A DNA stretch of 64,000 nt from an uncultured delta proteobacterium (GTDB taxonomy: Bacteria > Desulfobacterota > Binatia > Binatales > Binataceae), in assembly GCA_963724765.1 (NCBI GenBank), contig CAVRVY010000004.1:992001-1056000 (forward strand), given 5' to 3'. Within the stretch, counting starts at the first letter, position 1. Each line of letters begins with the position of its first letter. A model generated the notes under the pieces. It was given only the letters and a program-made list of their open reading frames with translations. It had not been told where the DNA came from and ran no database searches. Positions 9,890-18,921 of this stretch are shown in pieces. A program made the position numbers and the translations under genes.

Positions 9890-10204
9890 TCATACGACGA
9901 ACGATTCTCCGCATCCGCACGTCCGCTTGGCGTTGGGGTTGACCACCTTGAAGCCCGAGGCCATCAGTTCCTCGGAGTAGTCGAGTTCCGAACCGTTGAG
10001 ATAGAGGAAACTCTTCTTATCGACGATGAGCTGCGCGCCATCGCGCTCGAAAATCTTGTCGCGCTCCTTGGGATCGTCAAGCTCCATCCGGTATTGCAAG
10101 CCCGAGCATCCGCCGCCGACAACCTTCACCCGCAGACCCTTTCCCGGTTTCTCGGCCGAGAGCTGCTTGATCTTGGAGACCGCATTTTCAGACAGCAAAA
10201 TCAT
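9890..10204 (-). CDS. iscA: A-type Fe-S carrier IscA (HesB family)
   Basis: GGGCSGLQY and CGCGESF; ATG at 10204 (the ORF track over-extends it). Confidence 0.93.
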   Translation of the reverse strand: MILLSENAVSKIKQLSAEKPGKGLRVKVVGGGCSGLQYRMELDDPKERDKIFERDGAQLIVDKKSFLYLNGSELDYSEELMASGFKVVNPNAKRTCGCGESFVV

Positions 10205-10233
10205 TTTTTTAGCGCCGCACGCCCGGCTCACGC

Positions 10234-10680
10234 CTACGAGCCCTGAGCGGCCTTGCCAGCTTGCGCGCCGTTCCCGTCGCTGGCCTCGCCAGCCGCAGTT
10301 GCGCCCTTGCGGCTGCGCCAGTCGGTGATCGCCGCCTTTATAGCATCTTCGGCCAGCACCGAGCAGTGAATTTTCACCGGCGGAAGATTCAATTCCTTCA
10401 CAATCACGGTGTTCTTGATCGCCATCGCCTCGTCGATATGTTTGCCCTTGACCAGCTCGGTTACGTAGCTGGAGGAGGCGATCGCGCTGCCGCAGCCGAA
10501 GGTCTTGAAGCGCGCGTCCTCGATTACGCCGGTGTCGCTGATCCGGAGCTGAAGCTTCATCACGTCGCCGCATTCGGGCGCGCCGACCACGCCAGTGCCG
10601 ACGCCGGGATCGTCCTTGGCGAAGCTGCCGACGTTGCGCGGATTGTTATAGTGCTCGAGAACTTTATCTGAATAAGCCAT
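10234..10680 (-). CDS. iscU: Fe-S scaffold IscU
   Basis: MAYSDKV..HY.NPRNVG, APECGDVM, FKTFGCGSA, LPPVKIHCS. Confidence 0.97.
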   Translation of the reverse strand: MAYSDKVLEHYNNPRNVGSFAKDDPGVGTGVVGAPECGDVMKLQLRISDTGVIEDARFKTFGCGSAIASSSYVTELVKGKHIDEAMAIKNTVIVKELNLPPVKIHCSVLAEDAIKAAITDWRSRKGATAAGEASDGNGAQAGKAAQGS

Positions 10681-10695
10681 GACCCCTCCGGTCGC

Positions 10696-10741
10696 CTAGC
10701 CTCTGGTTACGCCCGCCACTAGCCTCTGGTTACGCCCGCCA
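10696..10741. repeat. Perfect 23-bp tandem duplication spanning the iscS stop codon
   Basis: CTAGCCTCTGGTTACGCCCGCCA at 10696-10718 and 10719-10741. Confidence 0.95.
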
Positions 10742-11947
10742 GTTGACGGATTTAAGATCGATTCCCTCGCGCGCCATCTCGTATAGCGGCGACATCTCGC
10801 GCAGCCGCTTGACCTCGCGCGAGACCCGCTCGGTTACGAAGTCGACTTCTTCCTCGGTGTTGAAGCGGCCCACTCCGAAACGGATCGAGCTATGTGCCAA
10901 TTCCTCGTTGGTGCCGAGCGCGCGAATCACGTACGACGGCTCCAGCGTGGCCGAGGTGCAGGCCGAGCCCGAACTCACCGCCACGTCGTTGACACCCATC
11001 AGCAGCGACTCGCCCTCGACGTAAGCGAAGCTGACGTTGAGATTGCCGGGCAGGCGCTCGGTCGGATGGCCGTTGAGATAGACTTCGTCGAGACGCTCGA
11101 ACAATCCCGCCTGCAGCTTGTCGCGCAGCGAACGCATCCGCGCCGCCTCGCTCTGCATCTCCTGGCCCGCAATTTCGCATGCCGCGCCGAAGCCCACGAT
11201 ACCCGGCACGTTGAGCGTGCCCGAGCGCATCCCGCGCTCATGGCCGCCGCCGTCGATAATCGGCGTCAGGCGCACGCGCGGCCCCTTGGCCCGCACATAC
11301 AAAGCGCCCACGCCCTTGGGTCCGTAAAGCTTATGCCCCGACATCGCGAGCAGGTCGATACCGTCGCGCTCGACATCGAGCGGAATCTTGCCCACCGCCT
11401 GCACCGCGTCGCAGTGGAAAATGATGCCGCGCTCCTTAGCGATGCGTCCGATCTCGCGGATCGGATGAATCGTCCCGACCTCGTTGTTGGCGTACATGAT
11501 CGAGATCAACATGGTCTTGTCGGTGATCGCGTTGCGCACGGCGTCCGGGTCGACCATCCCGTACTTGTCCACCGCAAGATAGGTCACGGTCGCCTTGCCC
11601 GCGCGCTCCAGCGCCCGGCAACTATCGAGCACCGCCTTGTGCTCGGTGACGCAGGTGATGATGTGGTTGCCCTTGTCCTTGTAGAACTCGACAACCCCCT
11701 TGATCGCCTCGTTGTCGGACTCGGTCGCGCCGCTGGTGAAAATGATCTCTTTGGATTTGGCGTTGATCAGCGTGGCTATTTGGTTGCGCGCCTTGTCGAC
11801 CGCCTCCTCAGCCTCCCATCCAAAGCTATGATTGCGGCTGGCCGCGTTGCCGAACTTCTGCGTGAAGTAGGGCAGCATCGCCTCGAGCACCCGCGGATCG
11901 ACCGGCGTCGTCGCGTGATTGTCCATGTATATCGGCAGCTTGACCAT
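10730..11947 (-). CDS. iscS: Cysteine desulfurase IscS
   Basis: [18 protein letters not shown] (PLP Lys), SSGSACTS (catalytic Cys), MSPLYEM. Confidence 0.97.
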   Translation of the reverse strand: MVKLPIYMDNHATTPVDPRVLEAMLPYFTQKFGNAASRNHSFGWEAEEAVDKARNQIATLINAKSKEIIFTSGATESDNEAIKGVVEFYKDKGNHIITCVTEHKAVLDSCRALERAGKATVTYLAVDKYGMVDPDAVRNAITDKTMLISIMYANNEVGTIHPIREIGRIAKERGIIFHCDAVQAVGKIPLDVERDGIDLLAMSGHKLYGPKGVGALYVRAKGPRVRLTPIIDGGGHERGMRSGTLNVPGIVGFGAACEIAGQEMQSEAARMRSLRDKLQAGLFERLDEVYLNGHPTERLPGNLNVSFAYVEGESLLMGVNDVAVSSGSACTSATLEPSYVIRALGTNEELAHSSIRFGVGRFNTEEEVDFVTERVSREVKRLREMSPLYEMAREGIDLKSVNWRA

Positions 11948-12033
11948 CTATTACGAACCTTCTTGAGCGCGCACACTCACCCTGAAAACGGCACCGCAAC
12001 AGGCGGCACCGGATTAGTGGACTTACAAGGTCG

Positions 12034-12063
12034 AGTATACCGCGTAACCCGTTTTGCTGTCAA
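12034..12063 (-). promoter_or_regulatory. Sigma70-type promoter of the isc operon
   Basis: TTGACA-N18-TATACT on the minus strand, about 85 nt upstream of the iscS start. Confidence 0.6.
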
Positions 12064-12184
12064 ACGGGCTATAAGCCCGACCCTACTCGGGGACGGAGCG
12101 TTATAAGCCGCAGCGCGGATGAAGCTCGGATTCGGACGCCGCCAAGGGCATCCGTCTTACCGGGGCTTGACCGAGGCAGACGAC

Positions 12185-12997
12185 CTAGCTTACCGAAAGG
12201 TCAGAGGAGCGAGAACGGGATCGACGCTCGAAACCGCGGCTGAGAATAGCGCTTAGCTTACCCGGCACAACGATGATCCGCCGCCGCTCCTGGATCAGCA
12301 CTCCCTCCAGCGCGAAGCGTCTCAGGCAAACGCTGACCTTGGGACGCGAACCGCTCACCAGTTGCGCGATGTTGCGATGGCCGAAGCGCACGTTAATGAT
12401 CGTGCCGCGCGCGTCGGGCAGGCCAAATTTGTCGGCGAGGTCGAGCAGCGCAACCGCGATTCGTTCCTCGAGCGTCTGATCCACGAAACGGGATTGACGC
12501 ACCAGCAACGCCCACCAGCGGCCCATCGTCAGCCTCAACGCGAGGAGGAACTCGTCGTACTGCAGGCCAACTGTTTCGACCATGGCCTGGGCGCTGAGCA
12601 CGCCGACCTCGCACTCGGTGAACGCTTCGCATTCCAGATTGTGACGCAGGTCGGGCAGCAGCGTGGGAATACACACCACGTCGCCGGGGCCGAGCACCTC
12701 GAGCAAGACGCGTTCGTTCTTGCGGTTGACGGAAGTGAGGCGGGCGATGCCCGCGATCATGATGTGAATCGTATCGCCCAATTGCTTGCCGCTATAGATG
12801 AGCGCGCGCTTACGAAAGTGGCGCAGTCTGAGCTGGCCGCCCAGGACGCCTAGCTGTTCGGAGGAAAGTCCGCGCAGGCCCCTGAGGCCGGACAGATCGA
12901 GCCGCAATTTCCTGGCAACATTCGCGCTACGATTGCGGGCGAATTCGGCCGTGACGACCTTGCGCGCAGGTTTGATTGAGCTGGTCCGTTTCATCAA
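12185..12997 (-). CDS. Crp/Fnr family transcriptional regulator
   Basis: cNMP-like beta-barrel (LEVLGPGD), ERIAVALLDLADKFG, HTH HRNIAQLVSGSRPKVS. Confidence 0.88.
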   Translation of the reverse strand: MMKRTSSIKPARKVVTAEFARNRSANVARKLRLDLSGLRGLRGLSSEQLGVLGGQLRLRHFRKRALIYSGKQLGDTIHIMIAGIARLTSVNRKNERVLLEVLGPGDVVCIPTLLPDLRHNLECEAFTECEVGVLSAQAMVETVGLQYDEFLLALRLTMGRWWALLVRQSRFVDQTLEERIAVALLDLADKFGLPDARGTIINVRFGHRNIAQLVSGSRPKVSVCLRRFALEGVLIQERRRIIVVPGKLSAILSRGFERRSRSRSSDLSVS

Positions 12998-13023
12998 CCC
13001 CCTCTCAAGGGGACATTCTTAGT

Positions 13024-13037
13024 GTAACTGAGGTTAC
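13024..13037. promoter_or_regulatory. Palindromic operator GTAAC-N4-GTTAC (copy 1)
   Basis: GTAACTGAGGTTAC between the divergent Crp genes. Confidence 0.55.
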
Positions 13038-13160
13038 CGATCGCCGCCAGTCGGAGATCGACTCTCGAGCGCGCAATTTTCGGTCCTGGGTTTGGAGCGG
13101 CGCTTCACCAGATGAAAAATGTCGCGGCATTTACAAATCGCGCAATAAAACAGCACTTGA

Positions 13161-13176
13161 AGTAACCTTTGTTACT
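13161..13176. promoter_or_regulatory. Palindromic operator AGTAAC-N4-GTTACT (copy 2)
   Basis: AGTAACCTTTGTTACT; same arms and spacing as copy 1. Confidence 0.55.
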
Positions 13177-13404
13177 GTCTTCCGGCGCTTTTTTTCTATC
13201 GCCATACAGATTCCATTTCTGGGCTTTGCTAGATTTCTCCCGTCCTTCGTCGTCGCGCTAACGAGCGACGTCAACGAGCGATGATGACAGTCGAGAAGAT
13301 GCCACGGGCTGTTAAAAAAACGCCTCCTGACAACTCCTTCGTCCTGGATTGCACCTGCTCTTACAGTGCCCACTCGGGCGCGAGTCTTTGCCGGAGGCTG
13401 AGTC

Positions 13405-14124
13405 ATGCCAGTTGCGCATCCTGAAACGCTTTCGAGCTTCGACCTGCTGGGACGGCTGAAAGGCCTGTCTTGGCTTTCCGCCGCCCAACTCAAAGAACTG
13501 GACGCCGCGATGGCGGTCAGAAATGTCAAACGCGGCGGCGTCATTTTTCAGGAACTGGGCAGGCCCTCGGCGGACGTGCACATCCTGCTCGCCGGCGCGG
13601 CGCAGCTTAACCATCTCAACGGCGAGGGTCCCCGCGTGGTGGCGATGATGATGCCGGGAGTGATCTTCCGGCTGCCCCAGATGCCCCCGCAAGTCGGCCA
13701 TAACTTCGAGTGGGTGGCGCTTCACGATTGCAGGGTCGGCCGCCTGCCGATCGAACGGTACGTCGCGATCACCCTGGGGGTCGACTACGATGCCTATGCG
13801 CGGGTCGCCGAGCCGACGGAAAGCCGCATCGGACGCATCCTCGCCCGCTACCCCAGCTTTATCGGATTCGCCCTGCTGCAGCGCGTGGCGGTGGCATTGA
13901 TCGAACTGGCGGTCGAGTTCGGCGTGCAGAACCATCGCGGCGTAGTGCTCGGGATCGTGCCGACGCACAAACAACTCGCCGACCTGGTCGGCGCTTCGCG
14001 GCCCAAGGTCAGTGAAATCATGAACGACCTTCAGCGGCGCAAGGCGCTCTCGCGCGATGGACGCAAGCTCACGGTGGCGATGAAGCGGCTGGAGGCCATC
14101 GTCGCCAGCGGCGACAATACTTGA
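13405..14124 (+). CDS. Crp/Fnr family transcriptional regulator
   Basis: QRVAVALIELAVEFG, HTH THKQLADLVGASRPKVS; paralog of 12185..12997. Confidence 0.88.
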   Translation: MPVAHPETLSSFDLLGRLKGLSWLSAAQLKELDAAMAVRNVKRGGVIFQELGRPSADVHILLAGAAQLNHLNGEGPRVVAMMMPGVIFRLPQMPPQVGHNFEWVALHDCRVGRLPIERYVAITLGVDYDAYARVAEPTESRIGRILARYPSFIGFALLQRVAVALIELAVEFGVQNHRGVVLGIVPTHKQLADLVGASRPKVSEIMNDLQRRKALSRDGRKLTVAMKRLEAIVASGDNT

Positions 14125-14150
14125 TAACGCTGGCGCCGGCCTGGCTGCCC

Positions 14151-14673
14151 CTATCTACCTTTCCTTCGGATTGCTTTTCGCGGTTTGCTGTCCCGCGGCT
14201 TGAGCTCCAGGCGCCGCTCGTGAGTCCACTCTTCGTAACCGAGCTTGTACCACGAGCCGACGAGCCGGGCCAGTTGCGATGCAGCACCAGCAGCGTCACC
14301 ACCGTCACGCCCTTGGATAGAAACCATTCGTAGGCCGCTTCCAGCATCGGCTTCATCAGCCTGCGGCCGCGCCAGTTCTCTTCCAGGTAGGCATGGTTGA
14401 CATAGCCGCGCACCGGCGGCAGGTAGCCCTGATGGTCGCGCACGAGCCGCACCACAGATAGCCGATCAGACGGCCGTCGCCTGCGTCGGCGACCCAGAGC
14501 GCGTGATGGTCACGGGCGAGCACCGTCTTGAGCCACACCGGGGCCTGGCGTATCTCCTTCCAGTCAAATCGAGCCCGCTCATCGAGGGACTCGTGATAAA
14601 CCGCGATGGCGGCCACCAGCCGGGCGATTTCCATGACGTCCTCCTCGCGCGCCGGCCTCGTTTCAATTGCCAT
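14151..14673 (-). pseudogene. GNAT N-acetyltransferase broken by two frameshifts
   Basis: MAIETRPA...RLIGYLW / VRLVRD...AYLEENWRGRRL...VTLLVLHRN / WYKLGYEEW lie in different frames; shifts near 14453 and 14253. Confidence 0.75.
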
Positions 14674-14810
14674 CGCTAGTCCTTCTTCAAAACGGCGATA
14701 TCATTTATTGTTATATTGTAATCGAACGGTATTTAGACAATTAATCTTGGGCAAGTGCCGAACACGCCGGTAAATCGGACCAGGAAATCACCAAATCTGA
14801 AATCACTCTG

Positions 14811-16592
14811 ATGACAAACACAGCCGCGAGAAAAATTGCAACCGCAAACCGCTTTCTGTCCGAATGGGTGGCCGAGGTAGTCCGCCTGACCAAGCCGGAT
14901 CGAGTCGAATGGTGCGACGGCAGCGAAGAGGAACGCCAGCGTCTCTACAAGCAGGCGGTCGCCGCCGGCATACTGATTCCGCTGAACCAGCGCAAGCGGC
15001 CCGGCTGTTACCTGCATCGGTCCAATCCCAACGACGTCGCGCGCTCTGAGAACCTTACCTTCATTTGCACGCCGAACAAGGAAGACGCGGGGCCGACCAA
15101 CAACTGGATGGCGCCCGACGAAGCTTATGCGCGGCTGCGGGGATGGTTCGACGGTTCGATGCGCGGACGCACGATGTACGTCGTCCCCTATATCATGGGT
15201 CCGGCCGATTCCCCGTTCGCCAAGGTCGGCGTCGAGCTGACCGACAGCATCTACGTCGCGCTCAACATGGGATACATGACCCGGATGGGCACCGTCGCGC
15301 TCGACATGCTGGGCGCCTCCGACGACTTCAACCGCGGGCTCCATTCCACGCTCGATTGCGATCCGCAACGCCGCCTCATATGTCATTTTCCCCAGGACAA
15401 TACGATCTGGTCGGCCGGCAGCGGCTACGGCGGCAACGCGCTGCTCAGCAAGAAATGCTTCGCGCTGCGCATCGCAAGCTGGCTCGGCAAAAAAGAAGGC
15501 TGGCTGGCGGAGCACATGCTGATCCTGGGGTTGCAAAGCCCACAGGGTGAGACATCTTACGTCGCCGCGGCATTTCCCAGCGCCTGCGGCAAAACCAATC
15601 TCTCGATGCTTACGCCACCGCCCTCGTTTCGCGGCTGGAACGTAACGACCGTGGGTGACGACATCGCCTGGCTGCGCATCGGATCGGATGGCCGCCTTTG
15701 GGCGGTCAATCCCGAGGCCGGATATTTCGGCGTCGCGCCGGGAACCAATGTACGCTCGAATCCGAATGCGATGAAGATGGTTGAGCGGGATACGATCTTC
15801 ACCAACGTCGCGATGACCCCTGATGGAGACGTCTGGTGGGAGGGTATGGATGTCGAACCTCCCGAGGAACTCATCGATTGGCAGGGGCGGCTATGGCGCA
15901 AGGACTCGGGGCAACCCGCGGCGCATCCCAACAGCCGCTTCACCACGCCGATGCGCAACAATCCCGCACTTTCTCCGCAAGCGGATTCCCCACAGGGAGT
16001 GCCCATCTCCGCGATCGTCTTTGGCGGGCGGCGCGCCTCGACGGTTCCGCTGGTGCTTGAATCCTTCGATTGGAACCACGGCGTCTATCTGGGCGCGACC
16101 ATGGGCTCCGAGACGACAGCCGCCGCCACCGGCAAGGTCGGTATCGTACGCCGGGACCCGATGGCGATGCTACCGTTCTGCGGATACAACATGGGCAACT
16201 ATTTTACCCATTGGCTGGGAATGCAGGACCGACTGAAGCATCCGCCCAAGGTTTTCATGGTCAACTGGTTCAGAAAGGATCACGAGGGGCGGTTTATCTG
16301 GCCCGGCTACGGCGAGAATATCCGCGTCCTCAAATGGATCGTGGAGCGGGTGGCCGAACGTGCCGCGGCCGAGCGCTCAGCGGTGGGCCTCAGGCCGGCT
16401 GAAGGCGCGCTCGATCTCACGGGCCTCGAGATTGCCGGCGAAGCCCTCAAAGAGGCGATGGCCGTGAAGCCCGAGGATTGGGCTGCGGAACTCGATTCGC
16501 AGGAAGAGTTCTTCAAAAAGATTGGGGCGACCGTACCCGCGAAGATGGATGAGCAACGTAAAGCCCTGAGGGCAGGTTTGGAAATTCGCTAG
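14811..16592 (+). CDS. pckG: GTP-dependent phosphoenolpyruvate carboxykinase
   Basis: GSGYGGNALL.KKCFALRIAS, FPSACGKTN, VGDDIAW, AHPNSRF, DPMAMLPFCGY. Confidence 0.97.
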   Translation: MTNTAARKIATANRFLSEWVAEVVRLTKPDRVEWCDGSEEERQRLYKQAVAAGILIPLNQRKRPGCYLHRSNPNDVARSENLTFICTPNKEDAGPTNNWMAPDEAYARLRGWFDGSMRGRTMYVVPYIMGPADSPFAKVGVELTDSIYVALNMGYMTRMGTVALDMLGASDDFNRGLHSTLDCDPQRRLICHFPQDNTIWSAGSGYGGNALLSKKCFALRIASWLGKKEGWLAEHMLILGLQSPQGETSYVAAAFPSACGKTNLSMLTPPPSFRGWNVTTVGDDIAWLRIGSDGRLWAVNPEAGYFGVAPGTNVRSNPNAMKMVERDTIFTNVAMTPDGDVWWEGMDVEPPEELIDWQGRLWRKDSGQPAAHPNSRFTTPMRNNPALSPQADSPQGVPISAIVFGGRRASTVPLVLESFDWNHGVYLGATMGSETTAAATGKVGIVRRDPMAMLPFCGYNMGNYFTHWLGMQDRLKHPPKVFMVNWFRKDHEGRFIWPGYGENIRVLKWIVERVAERAAAERSAVGLRPAEGALDLTGLEIAGEALKEAMAVKPEDWAAELDSQEEFFKKIGATVPAKMDEQRKALRAGLEIR

Positions 16593-16613
16593 CTCGCCCG
16601 CCGGCCATACCTG

Positions 16614-16952
16614 TCAGCCGGCGAATGGACCCGGATGCTCGCGGTCGAATCGCACGACCAGCGGCCTGTGCTCGCTGCGTAGCGACTTCAGCGCCGCTTC
16701 GCGCGTCTGCTCGAACTCGCGCTCAAACCACGGGCCGAGCCGCACAAGCATCGCGCCCGCGTCGGTACCATCGGGCGCGCCCGCCGTATCAGCGATCGCG
16801 CGAACGATCGTGCACAGGAAACCGACCCGCTCCAGGCCGTCGGCGCGCTCGAAACCGAGCGTGAGCGTGATCTCGTCCCCTGTCATTGCGGGCGGCGCGG
16901 CGAGACTCAACCAGTAGAGGCCTCGCCCGGTGTTTAGTTCATACGGAGTCAC
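16614..16952 (-). CDS. Hypothetical protein
   Basis: 112-aa ORF with typical codon bias filling the gap after secF. Confidence 0.55.
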   Translation of the reverse strand: MTPYELNTGRGLYWLSLAAPPAMTGDEITLTLGFERADGLERVGFLCTIVRAIADTAGAPDGTDAGAMLVRLGPWFEREFEQTREAALKSLRSEHRPLVVRFDREHPGPFAG

Positions 16953-16997
16953 GGAAGTGCTGGCGTGCGAGACATCACGCCGGATGATCGCGAAACG

Positions 16998-17942
16998 CTA
17001 GGCCGCGCGCGTGACTGCGCCGCGGCCCCTGCCGCTGCGGCCCTTGCCCTCCCAGAACAGCACCACCGGGCCAGCGATATAAATCGACGAATAAGTCCCG
17101 GTGATGAAGCCGACCAGCAGGGTAAAGGCCGACGGACGCAGGATCGGACCGCCGAGCGCGAGCAGCGCGATCAGCACCGAGATCGCGGTGCCCGAGGTCA
17201 GGATGGTGCGCGAGAGCGTCTCGTTGATCGCGCGGTTCATGATCGCCGCGATCGGATCGCGCCGGCGCTTGGCCGCGTCCTCGCGTATCCGGTCCGACAC
17301 GATAATCGTGTCGTGCACCGAATAGCCGATGACCGTCAGCAGCGCGGCCAGCGTCGTCAGATCGAACTCCAGGCGCGAGATGACCAGCGCGCCGACCACC
17401 AGCAGCACGTCATGGATGAGCGCGATAACCGCGCCCGCGCCGAAGCTCCAGCTCACGCCGCGGAACTGCCAGGCGATGAAGCTGCCCATGAAGATGGTCG
17501 CGAAGATGACCGCCATGAAGCCGTCGCGGCGCAGATCGCGGCCGACCTTGGCGCCCACCGACTCGACCCGCAGCACTTGCACAGCGTCCGGCCCGTAGGC
17601 TTTGTCGAGCTGCGCTTCGAGCTTCTTGCCCAGGCTGCCGACGTTCTTCACTTTCTCGAAACGGACCAGGTACTGATGGCGGACGGCGGAGCCGAAGTCC
17701 TGCACCGTCACTTCGCCCAGGCCCATCGGCTCAAGGGCGCTGCGGATGTGCGCGCCGTCGGTGGCGCTCTTGAATTGCAGTTGCACCACGCTGCCGCCGA
17801 CGAAGTCGACGCCGTAGTTCAGTCCGACCGTTATCAGCAGGATTATCGACGCGAGGTTGATGAGGCTCGAAAGCGCGACGAAAAAATAGCGTTTGCCGAC
17901 GAAATCGAGGTCAATGTCGGGGCGAATTATCTGAAAGGACAT
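16998..17942 (-). CDS. secF: Protein translocase subunit SecF
   Basis: GVDFVGG, ESVGAKVG.DL, IHDV, GYSVHDTIIVSDRIRE, TLSRTILTS, GTYSSIYIA. Confidence 0.95.
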   Translation of the reverse strand: MSFQIIRPDIDLDFVGKRYFFVALSSLINLASIILLITVGLNYGVDFVGGSVVQLQFKSATDGAHIRSALEPMGLGEVTVQDFGSAVRHQYLVRFEKVKNVGSLGKKLEAQLDKAYGPDAVQVLRVESVGAKVGRDLRRDGFMAVIFATIFMGSFIAWQFRGVSWSFGAGAVIALIHDVLLVVGALVISRLEFDLTTLAALLTVIGYSVHDTIIVSDRIREDAAKRRRDPIAAIMNRAINETLSRTILTSGTAISVLIALLALGGPILRPSAFTLLVGFITGTYSSIYIAGPVVLFWEGKGRSGRGRGAVTRAA

Positions 17943-17985
17943 CGGTCCTGTATGGCTCCTCCGCCGCCTGCTACCGCGCGCGCCG

Positions 17986-18030
17986 GCAAAATATTATCGG
18001 CAAAATAATTATCAGCAAGATAATTATCGG
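17986..18030. repeat. Three tandem ~15-bp AT-rich direct repeats upstream of secF
   Basis: GCAAAATATTATCG / GCAAAATAATTATCA / GCAAGATAATTATCG. Confidence 0.85.
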
Positions 18031-18109
18031 TTTGATCCGATTAATAAAAGCACAGCCGCGCCCGCCACGCCAATCGCGTGCCTTGGCATTCGCTCGCGGC
18101 TCGCGGCGG

Positions 18110-18451
18110 TCAGGCGGCGACGGTGCGGGCCTTGCCGCACTTGCCGCACTGGTTGTTCTGGTTGTTGGGGTCTTCGATCAGGCCGTCGTCGAGCGAGTGG
18201 CAGACCTTCAGGCACTTGCCGCAGATGAAATAGATGCCGTCGATGGTCTTGTTGATGCGCTCGCGGTTTAAGATGCGGCCCTTGAGCTTCTCGATCCGGA
18301 TGCCCAGCAGTTCCTGGTATTGGCGCTTGATCTTGCGGCGGCCGGCTTCGTCCTTGGGAAGGTCGGCATCTTCATCGGCCTCGTCGGCCGAATCGGCAAA
18401 ACTCGGATACAGGTCGCGCTTGGCAGTCTTGCTCTTGCGAGTTCTGGCCAT
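18110..18451 (-). CDS. Small hypothetical protein with C-terminal Cys4 zinc-ribbon
   Basis: Strong GGAAGGAGG RBS; CGKC(LKVCH)...CGKC. Confidence 0.75.
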   Translation of the reverse strand: MARTRKSKTAKRDLYPSFADSADEADEDADLPKDEAGRRKIKRQYQELLGIRIEKLKGRILNRERINKTIDGIYFICGKCLKVCHSLDDGLIEDPNNQNNQCGKCGKARTVAA

Positions 18452-18472
18452 CGCTTTCTCTCCCTCCTTCCG

Positions 18473-18643
18473 CTAACGCGAGCGTGCGACGTAGCCGCAA
18501 TTCTTGTCGCACACCAGGAAAAAGCCGCGCCGGCCATAGCCGGCGAACATCGTGACCTTGCTCTCCGCGCCGCAACTCGGGCAGATGTGCTTGTAGGACA
18601 CATCGCGGCTCTTTTCCGCAGTCTTCGCTTTTTTCTCAGCCAT
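18473..18643 (-). CDS. 56-aa zinc-ribbon microprotein (absent from the ORF track)
   Basis: MAEKKAKTAEKSRDVSYKHICPSCGAESKVTMFAGYGRRGFFLVCDKNCGYVARSR*; GC3-rich codons; stop 21 nt before the next ATG. Confidence 0.7.
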   Translation of the reverse strand: MAEKKAKTAEKSRDVSYKHICPSCGAESKVTMFAGYGRRGFFLVCDKNCGYVARSR

Positions 18644-18921
18644 GACCGATGACGCTCTCTCTTTGGATTTTTAATTGTGATTGTGATTCGTGGACGGGCC
18701 TGCGTGGCGGCTACGCGCTCGGGTGCGCCCGGATGGGTGCGGGAACTGTTGCGGCCGCCGGCTCGTCCATAGCGCTTCGACAACGTTTCAACCGAATCAC
18801 TATACCATAACGCAAACGGCCCAAAACTATTCGGTCAATATGCCCTCCGGCCGTCGCGGCCCTCGCCGTCGGGCAGGAGGCGGGTTGCGCGCGCCGCGCC
18901 GAGCGTCTAAGCGTTAAGCGC

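Noticed and set aside
9890-10573. 227-aa extended IscA in the ORF track
   Set aside because: The extension overlaps iscU in another frame; the true start is ATG 10204
17986-18030. CRISPR array or plasmid iterons
   Set aside because: Units are contiguous with no spacers; no cas or rep gene
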